Positions 18,479 through 28,647 of a stretch of 64,000 nt of DNA are shown piece by piece. Location of the stretch: the NCBI GenBank assembly GCA_963740175.1, contig CAVUDL010000003.1, positions 7,413-71,412 on the forward strand, written 5' to 3'. Source of the stretch: an uncultured Gemmatimonadales bacterium. Lineage in GTDB: Bacteria; Gemmatimonadota; Gemmatimonadetes; Gemmatimonadales; GWC2-71-9. A program made the translations under genes and the position numbers. Within the stretch, counting starts at the first letter, position 1, and each line of letters starts with the position of its first letter. The notes under the pieces are model-generated. The model worked only from the letters and a program-made list of their open reading frames with translations, ran no database searches and had not been told where the DNA came from.

Positions 18479-20870
18479 TCACATCGGGGCGCTCTCGACC
18501 GGGGGCGGATTCTCCGCCGATGTGGTGGGGAAGATCTCGTAGAGCGCCTTGTAGATCTCTTCGTTGCGCTGAATGATGCGGACGTAGTCGCGGGTCTCGA
18601 CGAACGAGATGCGCTCGGCGAACACTTCGGGATCATCCACCCCGATGCGCTTGGACCACCGCTCGACCCGGGAAGCACCGGCGTTGTACGCGGCAAGAAT
18701 GTGGCCCCGCTGCTGGTACTGGCTGAACAGCTCGCGGAGGTGCACCGCGCCGAGCTGAATGCTCACGTCGGGCTGATAGAGCAGGACCGGATCCCACACG
18801 GGATATTCCAATGCGCGCGCCAGCCGCTCACCCAGCTCGGGCATCACCTGAGCGAGGCCCCGAGCGCCGGCCGGCGATGTGGCTGAGGGATTGAAGTTCG
18901 ACTCCTGGCGGATCAGCGCCGCCATCAGGCTGGGCTCGAGCCGATGCTCCGCCGCCTCCGCGAACAGGGCGTCCTCATGCACCACGGGATAGATCAGCCG
19001 GTAGGTCCGCGCATCCGGCAGCGCACCGTGGGCCAGCGCCCGGCGGGCGATCTGGATGGCCTGAGCCGCCATGCCCTGGCCTGCGGAACGCGTTGGCGAG
19101 AGTCAGGAGCCGTTCGGGCGAGCTGTCGGTGGAGCGAGCCAGCCGGTCGAGCTCCCACCGCGCTTCGGATCCGAGGCCGAGCCGTGCGAGCAGGGCGGCC
19201 CGGGCCACTTGGGTGTCCAGCACGGTATCGGTGGGAAACGAATCCCGGGCGGGTGCGGGTACCCACGGGCGAATACCGAGCCGGCTGGCGCTCAGCGCGG
19301 CGTAGTAAGAGAGGGGGTCCCGGGTCGTCAGGCTCAGCCAGCGCCCCCGTGCCAGGGCGCTGTCACCGGCGTTGGCCCAGGCGCGGCCGGCCCAGTAGGT
19401 GGCGCTGAGTGCCTCGTCACTGGAAGGGTAGCGTTCGACCAAGGCATCGAACTCCGCGGCCGCCAGCTTCGGGTCGCCGCTCAGGAGCGCAATCATGGCG
19501 GCCCGAAAGCGGGATGTCGGGCGCGAAGCGGCTGCTGGGGTAGCGTGTGGCCACAATCCGGTGCAGCCGCCTGGCCTCGAGGTCGCCCCGGTCGTCCGAG
19601 GCAAGATCGGCGCGCAGGAAGAAGGCGGAGGCGGCAGCAACGGTATCACGCTCGTACTGCCGGGTGACCGTCACCAGCGCGGCCCGGCCTCGCTCGATCT
19701 GGCCATCACGCACCCACGCCCGCGCTCCCTGGTACGCGGCGAGCGCCGCCAGCGAGCGAGGGGTGCGAACCAGCTTGAACTGGGCCGCGGCTTCGGCATT
19801 GCGATTGAGCCGGGTGAGCACATTGCCGTACGCGAAACGATCTTCGCTTGCGCCGAGGGCCTTGTTGCCCGCCCGGGCAAAGCCCGCCGCCGCGCGCGCG
19901 AGCAGGCCGGCGTCCACGGCGGCCCGGGCGACGACCAGCTCCTCCGAGGAGCTGAGCGGTGCGAACACACTGTCGAGAGTGGCAATGGCTTCGCGGATCG
20001 CGGCGCTGCCGGCCCGCCCCGCCACGACGCTCAGGAACTCGCGGCGTAAGCGCGGCCCGGGGCGCCCGGTCGGGACTCGCGGCGAGACGTAGGCGAAGAC
20101 TGGCGAGACGATCTCCGGCGGCGGCATACCGCCGGGCTGCTCCGAGCAGGTCGCCGATCTTTTCGTGGGCCGCGGCCTCCGCTCGGGGAATCCGACTCTG
20201 GGCCAGTGGATTCGTGATCCTGCCGTAAAGCCCAGCTCGCGCGACGCTGTCATCCGTCACCACAGCCGAGCGAAGCAGCAGCCAGTCGGCGATGGAAGGA
20301 AGACGCTCAGCGGCCCGCAGATAGACCTCGGCGGCGCTGTCTCTCGCACCCAGGCGGTCCAGCGCGGTCGCCAACAGGAGCAGGCGTTCTCCGGAACCGG
20401 GGCGGCGCTGGAGCGCCAGGGTCGCATGCCGTAGCGCCACCGAGTCCTGCCGCCGCTCAAGCGCCGCCCGCGTGAGCAGGACACGCGCGCTGCCGCCGTA
20501 AAGGGTGTCGACCCAGGGCTCCGAGCCCAGCAGCTGAAGCACCTCGCTCCAGCCGCGCCACTCGCTGGCGGCACGCGCGGCCAGGAAGACCACGGCAGGC
20601 GTCCGCATGGACGAGTCTCTGAGCCATGGGGCGATGAGGCGAGTCGCCTGCCATGGCCGGCCCCGCGCCAACGCCTCATTGGCCTGCGCCAGTGCCGAAT
20701 CGAGAGTGCGATGTATTTCGGTCGAGTCCCTGCGCTGGCGCAGCCGTCCGGGCGGCCGGAATCAGTGGAGATCCCGGCGGTGAGACGGTGATACTGGCCA
20801 GCCAGAGCCACACATGGACCAGATGGGTCACGATTAGTCCGTTCGGTGGAGGAATGCAGCCACGGACTTG
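18479..20870 (-). pseudogene. slt: soluble lytic murein transglycosylase (Slt70-like), at least four frameshifts as sequenced
   Basis: The C-terminal SLT domain (ALIRQESNFNPSATSPAGARGLAQVMP...AAYNAG) lies in 18479-19072. The superhelical N-terminal repeats continue through the frames of 18975-19649, 19417-20253 and 19706-20671. The 5' end is uncertain. Confidence 0.7.
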
Positions 20871-21009
20871 TATGCAAATGCCGCGCCGCCGCAGACTTAG
20901 CCGTTTGGCCACCGCACGGGCGGGGGTTCGCGTGTTTCTGCCCCAAACCTCGCAAAACCGAGGACAGCAGAAAGGTGCACTGGCTACTTTAGAGGGATGA
21001 CCGACAGCG

Positions 21010-21537
21010 ATGACCGGGTACGTGCTGGACAAGTGGCTCTGGGCGGCGCGCTTCTATAAAACCCGCTCCCTGGCGGCCGAGGCCATCGCGGGCGGCAAGG
21101 TCCAGGTCAACGGGGACCGGGTCAAGCGCGCGAGGCCGGTACAGGTCGGCGACGAGGTGCGAATCCGCCAGGGGCCCTACGAGCACCAGATCCTGGTGCG
21201 AGCGCTCTCCGGCCGGCGCGGGCCGGCCAGCGAGGCGGCTCAGCTGTATGAGGAGAAGCCGGAGAGTCGGGCGGCGCGTGAGGCGATGGCACTCCAGCTC
21301 AAGAGCCTGCACGCCGCCTTCGTTCCGGAGCGCGGGAGGCCGACGAAGAAGGACCGGCGGGAGATCAAGAGACTGAAAGGACGTGAGACGGTGAACGGTA
21401 AGGACAGTAAACCGGTGCGCAGCACCCGTTCACTGTTCACCGCTTCTCCGTTCACGCTCATATTTTCGACCATCGCCTTGGCGAACTCACTGGTCTTCAG
21501 CAGCGTGGCGCCGGTCATGAGCCGCTCGAAGTCGTAG
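21010..21537 (+). CDS. hslR: S4-domain heat shock protein 15 (HslR-like); the ORF overruns the expected end
   Basis: [39 protein letters not shown] and the [13 protein letters not shown]-type tail align with HslR up to about residue 128 (about 21393). The remainder reads through repeat copy C into the antisense strand of icd. Confidence 0.8.
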   Translation: MTGYVLDKWLWAARFYKTRSLAAEAIAGGKVQVNGDRVKRARPVQVGDEVRIRQGPYEHQILVRALSGRRGPASEAAQLYEEKPESRAAREAMALQLKSLHAAFVPERGRPTKKDRREIKRLKGRETVNGKDSKPVRSTRSLFTASPFTLIFSTIALANSLVFSSVAPVMSRSKS

Positions 21538-22709
21538 GTCACCCGCTTCTGCGCGATGGTCTTCTCGAGCGACGAGATGATCAGGTCCGCCGCCTCGTTC
21601 CAGCCGAGGTAGCGGAACATCATTTCACCGGAGAGAATGACCGAGCCCGGGTTGACCTTGTCCTGACCGGCATACTTGGGGGCGGTTCCGTGGGTGGCCT
21701 CGAAAATGGCGTGGCCGGTCAGATAGTTGATATTCGCCCCCGGTGCGATGCCGATGCCGCCGACCTGCGCTGCCAGGGCATCGGAGATATAGTCGCCATT
21801 GAGGTTCATGGTCGCGATCACGCCATAGTCGCGGGGCCGGGTAAGGATCTGCTGCAGAAACGCGTCGGCGATGACATCCTTGATGACCAGGCCACCGGGC
21901 AGGCGACACCAGGGGCCGCCATCGAGGTCAGTCGCCCCGTACTCCTCCCGGGCCAGGGCGTAGCCCCAATCGCGGAAGCCGCCTTCCGTGAACTTCATGA
22001 TGTTGCCTTTGTGCACCAGCGTGACGCTCTCGTACTTCTGGGCCAGGGCGTAGTCGATGGCGGAGCGGATCAGCCGTTTCGATCCCTCCTCTGAAATGGG
22101 CTTGATTCCGATGGCGCTGGTTTCCGGGAAGCGGATGGTCTGGACGCCCATGTCGCGCTGCAGGAAATCCACCATCCGCCGCGCGTCCTCGGTTCCGGCC
22201 TTGTACTCGATCCCGGCATAGATATCCTCCGTGTTCTCGCGGAAGATCACCATGTTGACCGCCTCGGGTGCCTTGACCGGGGAGGGTACCCCGGCGAAAT
22301 AGCGGACCGGTCGGACGCAGGCATAGAGATCCAGCTTCTGACGCAACGCCACATTCAGCGATCGGAACCCGCCGCCGACCGGCGTTGTGAGCGGCCCCTT
22401 GATTGCGACCAGAAAATGGTCGATCGTGGCCAGGGTTTCCTCGGGAAGCCAGCTGTTGAGCCGATCCTTCGCCTTCTCCCCGGCAAGCACTTCCAGCCAG
22501 GCGATCCGGCGACCGCGGCCGTATGCCCGCTCAACCGCCTGGTCGAAGACGTACTGGGATGCGCGCCAGATATCGGGCCCGGTGCCATCTCCCTCGATGA
22601 ACGGTATGATCGGGGTTGCCGGCACCTGAATGCGACCCTGGTGCATGGCAATGGCCTCGCCACCGGTGGGCGCCTTGAGTGGCTTATAGGCAGGGGCTGG
22701 CGCGGACAT
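21240..22709 (-). CDS. icd: NADP-dependent isocitrate dehydrogenase (homodimeric Icd type) with a 72-codon read-through tail
   Basis: [17 protein letters not shown]...[14 protein letters not shown]...[25 protein letters not shown]...[11 protein letters not shown] is collinear with E. coli-type Icd, which ends at ENM (here 21459). The start was moved to the ATG at 22707-22709. Confidence 0.9.
   Translation of the reverse strand: MSAPAPAYKPLKAPTGGEAIAMHQGRIQVPATPIIPFIEGDGTGPDIWRASQYVFDQAVERAYGRGRRIAWLEVLAGEKAKDRLNSWLPEETLATIDHFLVAIKGPLTTPVGGGFRSLNVALRQKLDLYACVRPVRYFAGVPSPVKAPEAVNMVIFRENTEDIYAGIEYKAGTEDARRMVDFLQRDMGVQTIRFPETSAIGIKPISEEGSKRLIRSAIDYALAQKYESVTLVHKGNIMKFTEGGFRDWGYALAREEYGATDLDGGPWCRLPGGLVIKDVIADAFLQQILTRPRDYGVIATMNLNGDYISDALAAQVGGIGIAPGANINYLTGHAIFEATHGTAPKYAGQDKVNPGSVILSGEMMFRYLGWNEAADLIISSLEKTIAQKRVTYDFERLMTGATLLKTSEFAKAMVENMSVNGEAVNSERVLRTGLLSLPFTVSRPFSLLISRRSFFVGLPRSGTKAACRLLSWSAIASRAARLSGFSSYS
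21383..21456. repeat. octamer-unit imperfect palindrome (repeat family, copy C) between convergent genes
   Basis: GTGAACGG-TAAGGACA-GTAAACCG-GTGC faces GCACCCGTTCAC-TGTTCAC-CGCTTCT-CCGTTCAC. It sits exactly where both hslR and icd would be expected to stop. Confidence 0.7.
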
Positions 22710-22772
22710 GGATACCTCGGGCAACGGGCTATGGGTCACGGGGAAGTGCCGCTCAATCTGATCGGGTGACGG

Positions 22773-24527
22773 ATGAACAGCAATACAACTCTCCGGCCTG
22801 TCGCGGCCGCGGTGGCATCCATTCGATCGGCCTACGAGAGGTACGAACGGGGCTTCGAGGAGATCACGGGGAGGGCCCAGAGCCGCTTCGAGCGGCGCGA
22901 TTGGTCCGGCGCACAGGCGGACGCCACCGAGCGACTGGCGCTCTATAAGACGCACGTGGATGCGGCGGTTTCCGACGTTCGCGACATCCTGGACGACGGG
23001 GTCATGGAACGCACTGTCTGGGCCGCCATGAAGTCTCAGCATGCGCGCGAGATAGCCGGGCGCGCCGATCGCGAGCTGGCGGAAACATTCTTCAACTCGG
23101 TCACCCGGCGGGTGTTCAGCACCGTCGGCGTCGATCCGTCAATCGAATACCTGGACTGCTCCCCTTCGTCGTCGACGGATGATCCGGCTATCTGTCACAC
23201 CTACCGGGCCTCGAAGGTCGATGCCGCTCTCGTGCGCCGGATGCTCCAGGCCGTCCCTTGGTCCGTAGGGTACGCCCAACTGGAGCGCGATGCCGCGCTC
23301 GTGGCCCAGCTGATCGACGCACGGATCCGGCAAGAGACGGAGTCAGCTGGTACGGTAGAGATCGACGTGGTGCGGTCCGTGTTCTATCGCAACAAGGGAG
23401 CCTACCTGGTTGGACGCATCCGTGCCGGTACTGCCGTCATACCATTGGTGATCCCGCTGCTGCATGCCGAGCGCGGCATCGTGGTCGACGCGGTGCTCAT
23501 GACGACCGACGCGGCGAGTGTGGTGTTCGGATTCAGCTGGACCTACTTCCGGGTGGAGGCACCCAGCCCCAGGGCCCTGGTGAGCTTCCTCGGCTCAATC
23601 ATGCCGTTGAAGCTGGTTCACGAGCTCTACACGGCAATCGGCTACAACAAGCACGGGAAGACGGAGCTCTACCGGAACCTCATGCGGCACCTGCAGGAGC
23701 CCAACGCGCGCTTTGCTTTCGCGGAGGGAGACGAGGGAATGGTGATGGCGGTGTTTACGCTGCCGTCCATCAATGTCGTGTTCAAAGTCATCAAGGACAG
23801 CTTTGGGGCTCCGAAGAACACCACCCGTCGCGCCGTGATGGAGAAATACCATTTCGTGTTTGTCCGGGACCGGGTGGGCCGGCTGGCCGATGCGCAGGAG
23901 TTCGAGCATCTGGAGTTCCCCCGGCACTGCTTTCCGGATGATCTGCTCGCGTATCTCGTGCGGGAGGCCGCGGCAACCATCCGGGTTGAGGGCGAGCGGG
24001 TGGTGGTGCGGCAACTGTACACCGAGCGCCGGGTGGTGCCGCTCAACCTGTTCCTTCGAGATGCCGACGAAAGTGCGGCGCGGGAGGCAGTGATCGACTA
24101 CGGCACGGCCATCAAGGATCTGGCCGCAGCAGATATTTTCACGGGCGACATGCTGCTGAAGAACTTCGGGGTGACCCGGCACGGCCGGGTCATCTGCTAT
24201 GACTATGACGAGCTCTGCCTGCTGTCCGAGTGCCGTTTCCGCCGGATTCCCGAGCCGACATCGCTGGAGGACGAGCTCTCGGCCGAGCCCTGGTTCTACG
24301 TCGCCGAGCAGGACGTGTTCCCCGAGGAGTTTCGAGCGTTCCTCGTTCCACCCGGCCCGCTGCGCGAGGACTTCCTCCAGGCTCACGCAGATCTGCTGGA
24401 CGTCCGGTTCTGGCAAGGCGTGCAAACGAGGCTGGCGGCCGGTGAAGTGGTGGACGTCTTTCCCTACCGGCGCGACGCCCGATTGCAGCGGAACGAGGAG
24501 ACCCTCCTCAGCGCTCGAATTCGGTAA
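22773..24527 (+). CDS. aceK: isocitrate dehydrogenase kinase/phosphatase
   Basis: 584 aa, collinear with AceK: ESFFNSV-type segment ([12 protein letters not shown]), [74 protein letters not shown] and DVFPEEF. Confidence 0.9.
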   Translation: MNSNTTLRPVAAAVASIRSAYERYERGFEEITGRAQSRFERRDWSGAQADATERLALYKTHVDAAVSDVRDILDDGVMERTVWAAMKSQHAREIAGRADRELAETFFNSVTRRVFSTVGVDPSIEYLDCSPSSSTDDPAICHTYRASKVDAALVRRMLQAVPWSVGYAQLERDAALVAQLIDARIRQETESAGTVEIDVVRSVFYRNKGAYLVGRIRAGTAVIPLVIPLLHAERGIVVDAVLMTTDAASVVFGFSWTYFRVEAPSPRALVSFLGSIMPLKLVHELYTAIGYNKHGKTELYRNLMRHLQEPNARFAFAEGDEGMVMAVFTLPSINVVFKVIKDSFGAPKNTTRRAVMEKYHFVFVRDRVGRLADAQEFEHLEFPRHCFPDDLLAYLVREAAATIRVEGERVVVRQLYTERRVVPLNLFLRDADESAAREAVIDYGTAIKDLAAADIFTGDMLLKNFGVTRHGRVICYDYDELCLLSECRFRRIPEPTSLEDELSAEPWFYVAEQDVFPEEFRAFLVPPGPLREDFLQAHADLLDVRFWQGVQTRLAAGEVVDVFPYRRDARLQRNEETLLSARIR

Positions 24528-24882
24528 GCTCGGCGGCTGCCTCCAGAATTCTGCGGGTATAGTCCCCCGCCCCTTCGCGGGCGCGGCGCTCGGGCAGAAC
24601 GAAGCGAGGGTTGTCAGGCTCGGACGAGTCCGGCGCGTTGGTCATCGTGTCCCCGCCTCGAGCTTCCACCAGGGATTCGAATCGCTCCACCGATGACCAT
24701 AGGTCCGCCAGCTGGTCGTCGGTCTCGTCTCCGAACAGAAGGACGCCCCGGCGCGCGAGCAGATCCGCTACGCGCTCACGGGTCCGAAGCTGTTCCTCTG
24801 ACCGGTGGGGGTTCAGGATGTCGTTCTCGTCTTCGGCCATGCGCTCCTCCAGGGATGTGTGACTCCTGTTAATGTCGGTCAA
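24508..24882 (-). CDS. hypothetical acidic protein
   Basis: 124-aa ORF with no motif I recognise. The codon bias looks native. It overlaps the aceK 3' end by 20 nt (convergent). Confidence 0.4.
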   Translation of the reverse strand: MTDINRSHTSLEERMAEDENDILNPHRSEEQLRTRERVADLLARRGVLLFGDETDDQLADLWSSVERFESLVEARGGDTMTNAPDSSEPDNPRFVLPERRAREGAGDYTRRILEAAAELTEFER

Positions 24883-24917
24883 ATCAGGCGGATGTCCAGC
24901 AGCGAGTCCCCCAAAAC

Positions 24918-24953
24918 CAGCGGGGCCGCCCGGTCTCCCGGACGGCCCCGCTG
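24918..24953 (-). terminator. intrinsic terminator after cspA
   Basis: CAGCGGGGCCG..CCGG-TCTC-CCGG..CGGCCCCGCTG forms a long GC hairpin. It is followed by GTTTTGG on the transcribed strand and lies 19 nt after the cspA stop. Confidence 0.6.
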
Positions 24954-24971
24954 TCTCACCGTTCAGCCCGC

Positions 24972-25187
24972 TTAGTCGCGGATCTTGGTGACGTTCTCCG
25001 CCGCGGGGCCCTTCTGGCCCTGGACGATATCAAACTCTACCTTCTCACCTTCTGCCAGCGACTTGAAGCCGCTGCCCTGGATCGCGGAGTGGTGCACGAA
25101 GCAGTCCTTCTGGCCGTTCGACGGGGTGATGAAGCCGAAGCCCTTCGCATCGTTGAACCATTTCACGGTTCCGGTGGTACGTGCCAT
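24972..25187 (-). CDS. cspA: cold shock protein (CspA family)
   Basis: [37 protein letters not shown] carries the RNP1/RNP2 motifs. The protein is 71 aa with a GGAGG Shine-Dalgarno sequence upstream. Confidence 0.95.
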   Translation of the reverse strand: MARTTGTVKWFNDAKGFGFITPSNGQKDCFVHHSAIQGSGFKSLAEGEKVEFDIVQGQKGPAAENVTKIRD

Positions 25188-25285
25188 TTCGTACTCCTCT
25201 GGTTGGTTGTCGTCGGAGTCCGGTGATGCCGTACCTGCCGACAGTGAATTGTTCGCGGACTTTGCCCCCGCGCCGGGCTCTAACG

Positions 25286-25314
25286 AAAAAGGACCCAGCT
25301 GTGAGCCAGGTCCC
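25286..25314 (-). terminator. weak terminator-like hairpin with T5 tract
   Basis: The minus strand reads GGACC-13 nt-GGTCC followed by TTTTT. It lies between the hypothetical gene at 25396-25692 and cspA. The stem is only 5 bp. Confidence 0.3.
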
Positions 25315-25395
25315 TGAGGATATTCACTGGTCCGGCTTCGCGATCCAAATTCGCATCTTTGCTGGCGCAGAATTTAGGGTCCGGCTGCGGCGCTG

Positions 25396-25692
25396 TCAAT
25401 CTCGTGCCGCGGTCCGCGTCGGTACCCTAAGGAAGCGCTCCGCCAGTTGTTCCAGTCGCTCGTTTCCGTCCTCCCGCGCCTCCTCCAGAATTCGCTGAAT
25501 CAGGGCCCGAAGCTTTGGCTCGCCCCAGTAGTAGCCCGTGGCCGACTCGGCGCTGGCGGTGTCGCCCAGGTCCGCACCCTGAAGGAGTGCGCGGGCCGCC
25601 GCCATGTCGAATGCCGGGTCATCCCGACCTGGGAGCGGAAACCGGGGCGCTTCGCCGGCCCCGGCATCCTCATTAATGAACGCTCGAGACAT
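25396..25692 (-). CDS. hypothetical protein
   Basis: 98-aa ORF (MSRAFINEDAGAGEAPRFPLPGRDDP...) with no motif I recognise. Confidence 0.4.
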   Translation of the reverse strand: MSRAFINEDAGAGEAPRFPLPGRDDPAFDMAAARALLQGADLGDTASAESATGYYWGEPKLRALIQRILEEAREDGNERLEQLAERFLRVPTRTAARD

Positions 25693-25753
25693 CCTCCAGT
25701 ATAGCAGAACGGCCGCGGCCGACCAGTATGGAGAATGCCCCGCTAGAGCTTCC

Positions 25754-26497
25754 TTAGATCGTGCGGCGGAACGGAGTCGCCAGAGTCACCTTGAGCCGGG
25801 AGCCGGCCGGAACGACGACATCCCGGTCCTGGGTCTCCACCGCCCGCTGGGCACCCACGGCCCCACCGGCGACGCCGCCGATGACCGCGCCCTTGGTGCT
25901 GCCACCGCTCACCGCCGTGCCCAGGAGGGCCCCGGCGCCGACACCCATGCCCACCTTGGCAATGTCGCCGGCGTTGGTTTTCCGATCCTTGAGCGTGCGA
26001 TCGAGAGCGCTGGCCGTTCCCGTGAGAGCATAGGTGCGTCCGCCGATTTCGACCTTGGTCGGGGTGAGCACCAGCTTACCGGTCTTGTCGCTCTTTCTCT
26101 CGGACTCGTGGATCGCGGTGATCGTAACGTACACCTTGGAGCCGGCGGGAATCACGACCTTACCGCTCTTGTCCTTGACGCTGGACGACACGGTGCCGGT
26201 GATCTTCTGGCCGGCCTTGTGGGTGCGGGAGCTTATGCCGGCATCGAACTTGGCCGAGATCGCCGTGCCCGTCGCGAGCACCCGCTCACGGGCCGCCGGT
26301 TTTGCCGCGGGCTTCGCCGCAGACGGCTTGGCAGCCGGTCTGGCGGTGGAGGCCCGGTCGTTCTGGGGGTGGCTGGCATCGACTGCCGGACGTTGCATAT
26401 CGCGGGTCGAGTCGTCACCTGCAGCACGGTCATCTGGCTGACCACCACAGCCCACCAGAAGGGCCAACGTTAGAAGTGCCAGTTTCTTAGCTACCAT
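25754..26497 (-). CDS. lipoprotein with C-terminal glycine-zipper segment
   Basis: Lipobox in MVAKKLALLTLALLVGCGG, a low-complexity Ala/Lys/Pro linker, and GMGVGAGALLGTAVSGGSTKGAVIGGVAGGAVGA, which is glycine-zipper-like. Confidence 0.6.
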   Translation of the reverse strand: MVAKKLALLTLALLVGCGGQPDDRAAGDDSTRDMQRPAVDASHPQNDRASTARPAAKPSAAKPAAKPAARERVLATGTAISAKFDAGISSRTHKAGQKITGTVSSSVKDKSGKVVIPAGSKVYVTITAIHESERKSDKTGKLVLTPTKVEIGGRTYALTGTASALDRTLKDRKTNAGDIAKVGMGVGAGALLGTAVSGGSTKGAVIGGVAGGAVGAQRAVETQDRDVVVPAGSRLKVTLATPFRRTI

Positions 26498-26695
26498 GGA
26501 GCCCTCCGGAACTATTGGGACTGAGATGTAGTTCGGGTCGCCGTTTCCTGACGGAAAGGCAATTCCAGGGCCAGCCTGGGGCCTTGGAGAGTCGCGGCAC
26601 GAGCTCAGCGGGTAGGGAACCGGCTCAGCGAGGGTATAGAGGTAGGGATGTCCGGGCTATAGCCTGGTCGACTCCCAGGTTGGGCATCGTGGTGC

Positions 26696-26943
26696 TTGTT
26701 GTGTTAGGGTGGAGTGGTGTATATGGTGATAGTGAGAGTGTGTGGAGGTGTGGTGATGGTGGTAGGGGAGGTGGGTGTGATGTAGAAGTATGGGTTGGTG
26801 ATAGAGGTGTGAGGATGGATGAAAAATGATTTGGTGTGGTGATGGGAGGAGGGTGGTGTTGGTGGTTGAATTAGTGAGGGTTGATTGGGGGGAAGAGGAA
26901 GGGGAGCGGAGGGGTGTGTGGAGGTTGTGAAGGGTGGTAAGAG
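26696..26943. other. 248-nt G/T/A low-complexity tract containing a single C
   Basis: Direct reading finds no C from 26696 to 26906, one C at 26907, and none again until 26944. I found no exact periodicity. It abuts the 3' end of the degraded oxidase gene. Confidence 0.9.
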
Positions 26944-27053
26944 CGCAGAAAGGTACGCATGGTAAAAGGCGCGATGGTAGAGTTGGGCGTGCGCGATGCG
27001 AGCGGCGCGCGTCGAGGGTGGTGACGACAGCGCTCCGCCAGGGGGGCGAGCGT

Positions 27054-28647
27054 TCAGGTCTTCCATCTGACGCACCAGTTTCGGTTCAAGGGGAAGCAGG
27101 TCCTCCTGTTCCCATAACGGGAACCTGCTGCGCACCACCGGGATGCGCGCGAACTGCGCGTCGGCGGGCGGCGATGCTTCCGACCATTCGAGCGAGTCGC
27201 CGCCCCACGGGTCGTTGCCCGCCGTCGTGCCGCGCCGCAGCGTCGAGCACGAGGTTGACGAGGAAGAGCAGGACGCCCGAGCGCGAAGCACGAACGCGCC
27301 GATCGTCGACAGCAGGTTGTAGCGCTCGAGCCCGAGCCCGGCGCGGGTAGGTGTAGACGCGGCGCGGCATCCCGTGGAGCCCCGACCAGTGCATGGGGAG
27401 GAAGGCGAGGTTGAAGCCGACGAACATGAGCCCGAAGTTCCACCGCCCGAGCCGCTCGCCGAGCAGCCGGCCGGAGAACTTGGGGAACCAGTAGTAGAGC
27501 CCCGCGAAGATGCGGGAAGACGCATGCCGCCGAAGAGCACGTAGTGCAGGTGCGCGACGACGAAGTAGCGTGTCGTGCGCCTGCCAGTCGAAGGGCACGG
27601 CGGCGACCATCACGCCGGTGATGCCGCCGATCACGAAGATGACGATGCCGCCGAGCGCGAAGAGCAGCGGCGTGCGCCACACCGGCTGCCCGGCCCAGAG
27701 CGTGGCGATCCAGCCGAACACGTTGATCCCGCTCGGGATGGCGACCGCCATGCTCGCCGCGGCGAAGAAGCCGAGCGCCATGGGCGAGAGCCCGGTCGTG
27801 TACATGTGGTGCACCCAGAGCCCGAAGCTGAGGAAGCCGGTGGCGACGAGCGCGAGCACCATGAGCGTGTAGCTCATCACCGGGCGGCGCGCGAACGTCT
27901 GCACGACGTGCGACACGACGCCCACGGCCGGCACGAACATGATGTAGACGTCGGGGTGGCCGAACACCCAGAAGATGTGCTGCCAGAGCAGCGGGTCGCC
28001 GCCGTAGCCTCGCGTCGAAGAAGCGCGTGAGCTCCTTGCGGTCGAGCTCCAGCATGGCCGTGCCGACGATGAGCGGCGTGAACGCGAAGATGATCATCAC
28101 GCTCGTCACGAGCATCGCCCAGCAGAACAGCGGCAGGCGGTTGAGCGACATCCCCGGCGCGCGCATGCGCAGGATCGCCGACGATCATCTCCGCCGCCGC
28201 GCCGATCGCCGCGACCTCGGCCACGCTCAGGCCGATGTCCCAGAAGTCCATGTTCAGGCCGGGCGAGTACTCCTTGAGGTTCAGCGGCACGTAGGCGAAC
28301 CAGCCGCCGTCCGGCGCGAGGCCGAACAGGAAGCTAGGAGTAGAGGAAGATCCCGCCGAACAGGTAGGTCCAGTACGAGAGCGCGGTGAGGCGCGGGAAG
28401 GGCAGGTCGCGCGTGCCGTTGAGCAGCGGGATCAGGTAGTTGGCGAACGCCTCGAGGAACGGGACGACGAAGAGGAAGATCATCGTCGTGCCGTGCATCG
28501 TGAACAGCTGGTTGTACGTCTCCGCGTCGAGCAACGCGTTCTCCGGGGCCGCGCGAGCTGCAGCCGCATCACGAGCGCGAGCAGCCCGCCGATGAGTGAA
28601 GAAGGCGAAGCTCGTGACCATGTAGCGCGTGGCGATCGGGATGTTGT
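27054..28647 (-). pseudogene. ctaD: cytochrome c oxidase subunit I, riddled with single-base indels as sequenced
   Basis: Conserved CoxI segments are spread over all three minus frames: ETYNQLFTMHGTTMIFLFVVP; MSLNRLPLFCWAMLVTS; FGHPDVYIMFVPAVG...[24 protein letters not shown] (my translation); [11 protein letters not shown]...GMPRRVYTYP; GNDPWGGDSLEW. I traced at least 8 frame switches. Confidence 0.85.

Noticed and set aside
26696-26943. The C-free tract as the product of C-to-T deamination hypermutation of ordinary genomic sequence.
   Set aside because: Deamination of DNA with about 66% G+C should leave about one third G and about half T. The tract is instead about half G with less T by my rough count, and no coding remnant can be read after mentally reverting T to C.
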